39,213 bases of DNA from Octopus bimaculoides (taxonomy: Eukaryota), in NCBI RefSeq assembly GCF_001194135.2, contig NC_068981.1:75583606-75622818 (forward strand), given 5' to 3'. Shown piece after piece: positions 36,757 to 39,213 of the stretch. The number at the start of each line of letters is the position of its first letter. The first letter of the stretch is position 1. Below the pieces are notes generated by a model that saw nothing but the letters and a program-made list of their open reading frames with translations, searched no databases and had not been told where the DNA came from. Both the position numbers and the translations under genes were made by a program.

Positions 36757-37101
36757 TCCCACTGCGTGGCACCTTGGGCAAGTGTCATCTACTATAGCCT
36801 CGGGTCGGCCAAAGCCTTGTGAGTGGATTTGGTAGACGGAAACTGAAAGAAGCCGGTCGTATATATGTATATATATATATATGTATGTGCGTGCATATGT
36901 TTGTGTGTCTGTGTTTGTCCCCCCAACATCGCTTGACAAGCCATGGTCGTGTGTTTACGTCCCCGTAACGTTGCGGTTTGGCAAAAGCGACCGATAGAAT
37001 AAGTACTAGGTTTCCAAAGAATAAGTCCTGCGGTCGATTTGCTCGACTAAAGACGGTGCTCGAGCATGGAAGCAGTCACATCACTGAAACAAGTAAAAGA
37101 G
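36757..37101 (+). mobile_element. Family D SINE, head hidden in gap
   Basis: TCCCACTGCGTGGCACCTTGGGCAAGTG...GACGGAAACTGAAAGAAGCC...AATAAGTACTAGG...CTGAAACAAGTAAAAGAG. Confidence 0.88.
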
Positions 37102-37282
37102 TATATGTGCATACATACATATATACATACACACACACACACATATATATATACACACACACACATATATTTATATGTGTATGTATGCATGTATGTATGC
37201 ATGGAACATTAATTGCGCGCATACGTTTGATGATTTCTACGTGTGTGTGTGCTCGCGCGCTCATGTGTGTGTGTATGTGTGT

Positions 37283-37313
<31 letters not shown>

Positions 37314-37468
37314 CGTGCGTGATGGTTGATATGATATATTTGTTACAGATATACGAATTTTGCTTCCAGACAGACGTTTACGGCGTTTGCTTAATTTCTC
37401 GCTCGGAAAAACATCTTTTTGTGCGGTTTGTGTGTGTATGAGCATGTGTGTGTATGAGCATGTGTGTG

Positions 37469-37504
<36 letters not shown>

Positions 37505-38935
37505 TGTGCGTAACTCTGTGTGATATGTTTGTATGTAATATACATATGATTGCATGTGTCCGTCTGATTATATCAAGAACTGAACGCTAAATTGCAGCTA
37601 CAGTATTGAAAATATAGGGAGAGGTGGAATAATATATACCCAACCCCAGAAAGAAAGCAACATACGTACAAATAAATAAAAAAAATGATACAAGCACATA
37701 AAATAAAACAAAACACATATAAAGTAAAGAATGTGTTGAAAGTGAAAAGCGATGTATCACAAGATATGTATACAACAATATGTTTTTCCATTTGTTTGGC
37801 AAATACTATTATTCAGAAAGAACACCACTATTTGTTGAGATGGCGTCTAGTATTCAGCTGTCTTTTTTTCCCTCTCTTTTTGACCAGTTTGTCATTGTTT
37901 TTTTTTTTTTATTATATAAATTTTCAATAGACGTTGACGTTTTTTCTGTTATTGTTCTTTCTGGCATTGTAGATGATTTTCGTTGTTGTTGTTGTTGTTT
38001 TTGTAGTTAGTTTCCATGCTCTAGAGATGTGTTTATTTATTTATTATAGATGTTTTGTAGCGCGATGTAATTGTTGCTATATNNNNNNNNNNNNNNNNNN
38101 NNNNNNNNNNNNNNNNNNNNNNNNNNNNNNNNNNNNNNNNNNNNNNNNNNNNNNNNNNNNNNNNNNNNNNNNNNNNNNNNNNNNNNNNNNNNNNNNNNNN
38201 NNNNNNNNNNNNNNNNNNNNNNNNNNNNNNNNNNNNNNNNNNNNNNNNNNNNNNNNNNNNNNNNNNNNNNNNNNNNNNNNNNNNNNNNNNNNNNNNNNNN
38301 NNNNNNNNNNNNNNNNNNNNNNNNNNNNNNNNNNNNNNNNNNNNNNNNNNNNNNNNNNNNNNNNNNNNNNNNNNNNNNNNNNNNNNNNNNNNNNNNNNNN
38401 NNNNNNNNNNNNNNNNNNNNNNNNNNNNNNNNNNNNNNNNNNNNNNNNNNNNNNNNNNNNNNNNNNNNNNNNNNNNNNNNNNNNNNNNNNNNNNNNNNNN
38501 NNNNNNNNNNNNNNNNNNNNNNNNNNNNNNNNNNNNNNNNNNNNNNNNNNNNNNNNNNNNNNNNNNNNNNNNNNNNNNNNNNNNNNNNNNNNNNNNNNNN
38601 NNNNNNNNNNNNNNNNNNNNNNNNNNNNNNNNNNNNNNNNNNNNNTATATATATATATGTATGTTTGTCTGTATGCATGTATGTATAAATGCATCTCCCC
38701 CTCTATCTATCTATCTATCTATCTATCTATTTCTGTATGTGCCTCTTTGCCCCTTTCTCCTCTAGACATAAAGCTATACATCAGTCAGTTTAGATATCTG
38801 TTTCTACCAACTAACTGGATCACCTGTTTATCTGCTTACCAATCGTTTTGACTGTCGAAGTACTTATTCTATATAGCTAATTATCCATCCATATGTGAAA
38901 GGATAAAAATATATAAAACACAAAGTCACACGTAC

Positions 38936-38976
38936 CTTATTCTGTTGCTCACTGGAAGAGCAAAACTGTGTCTACT
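38936..38976 (-). CDS. Candidate 41-nt internal exon (phase 0 to phase 2)
   Basis: Long pyrimidine tract ACTTTCTTTCGCTTGCACCTCTTTCAG | AGT AGA CAC AGT TTT GCT CTT CCA GTG AGC AAC AGA ATA AG | GTACGT; only one frame open (SRHSFALPVSNRI). Confidence 0.45.
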
Positions 38977-39029
38977 CTGAAAGAGGTGCAAGCGAAAGAA
39001 AGTATGATAAACTTAGATAAAATAGGTAA

Positions 39030-39033
39030 GTAG

Positions 39034-39064
<31 letters not shown>

Positions 39065-39107
39065 GACAAAGAAATAGATAGATAGATAGATAGATAGATA
39101 GACAAAG

Positions 39108-39138
<31 letters not shown>

Positions 39139-39165
39139 CAAAGAGATAGATAGATAGATAGATAT
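39030..39165. repeat. (GATA)n with 36-bp higher-order period
   Basis: GACAAAGA interruptions at 39065, 39101 and 39137. Confidence 0.9.
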
Positions 39166-39213
39166 CTTTTCATTATAGCCACACAGGGCTAAATACAGAA
39201 AATGGACAAATTA

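Larger units (their letters stand above)
6393..38645. other. Nine assembly gaps (N runs)
   Basis: 6393-6655, 14140-14149, 15784-16102, 23039-23360, 24007-24345, 30762-31122, 33606-34190, 36598-36756, 38083-38645; most abut microsatellites. Confidence 0.98.

Overview
AT-rich, microsatellite-dense eukaryotic genomic DNA with nine N-gaps. The SINE repertoire and repeat landscape suggest a coleoid cephalopod, probably Octopus (inference, no database search). No complete protein-coding gene or true tRNA/rRNA gene can be supported, and nearly all ORF-track entries are microsatellite or N artefacts. Well supported: about a dozen tRNA-derived SINE copies from at least four modular families (three with clear target-site duplications); the 3' end of an RTE-like LINE encoding three C2H2 zinc fingers; a decayed mariner transposase abutting an R4/Dong-like fragment; and a 219-bp mariner MITE. 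The most striking unexplained structure is a pair of 255-bp inverted repeats (34215-34469, 35800-36054). Each arm carries the same 92-nt exon-like cassette with intact AG/GT signals and a synonymous-biased substitution pattern, and a 175-bp foldback lies just downstream. Several minus-strand exon candidates share splice phase 2, hinting at an unidentified host gene with alternative 3' ends. That model is speculative without RNA data.
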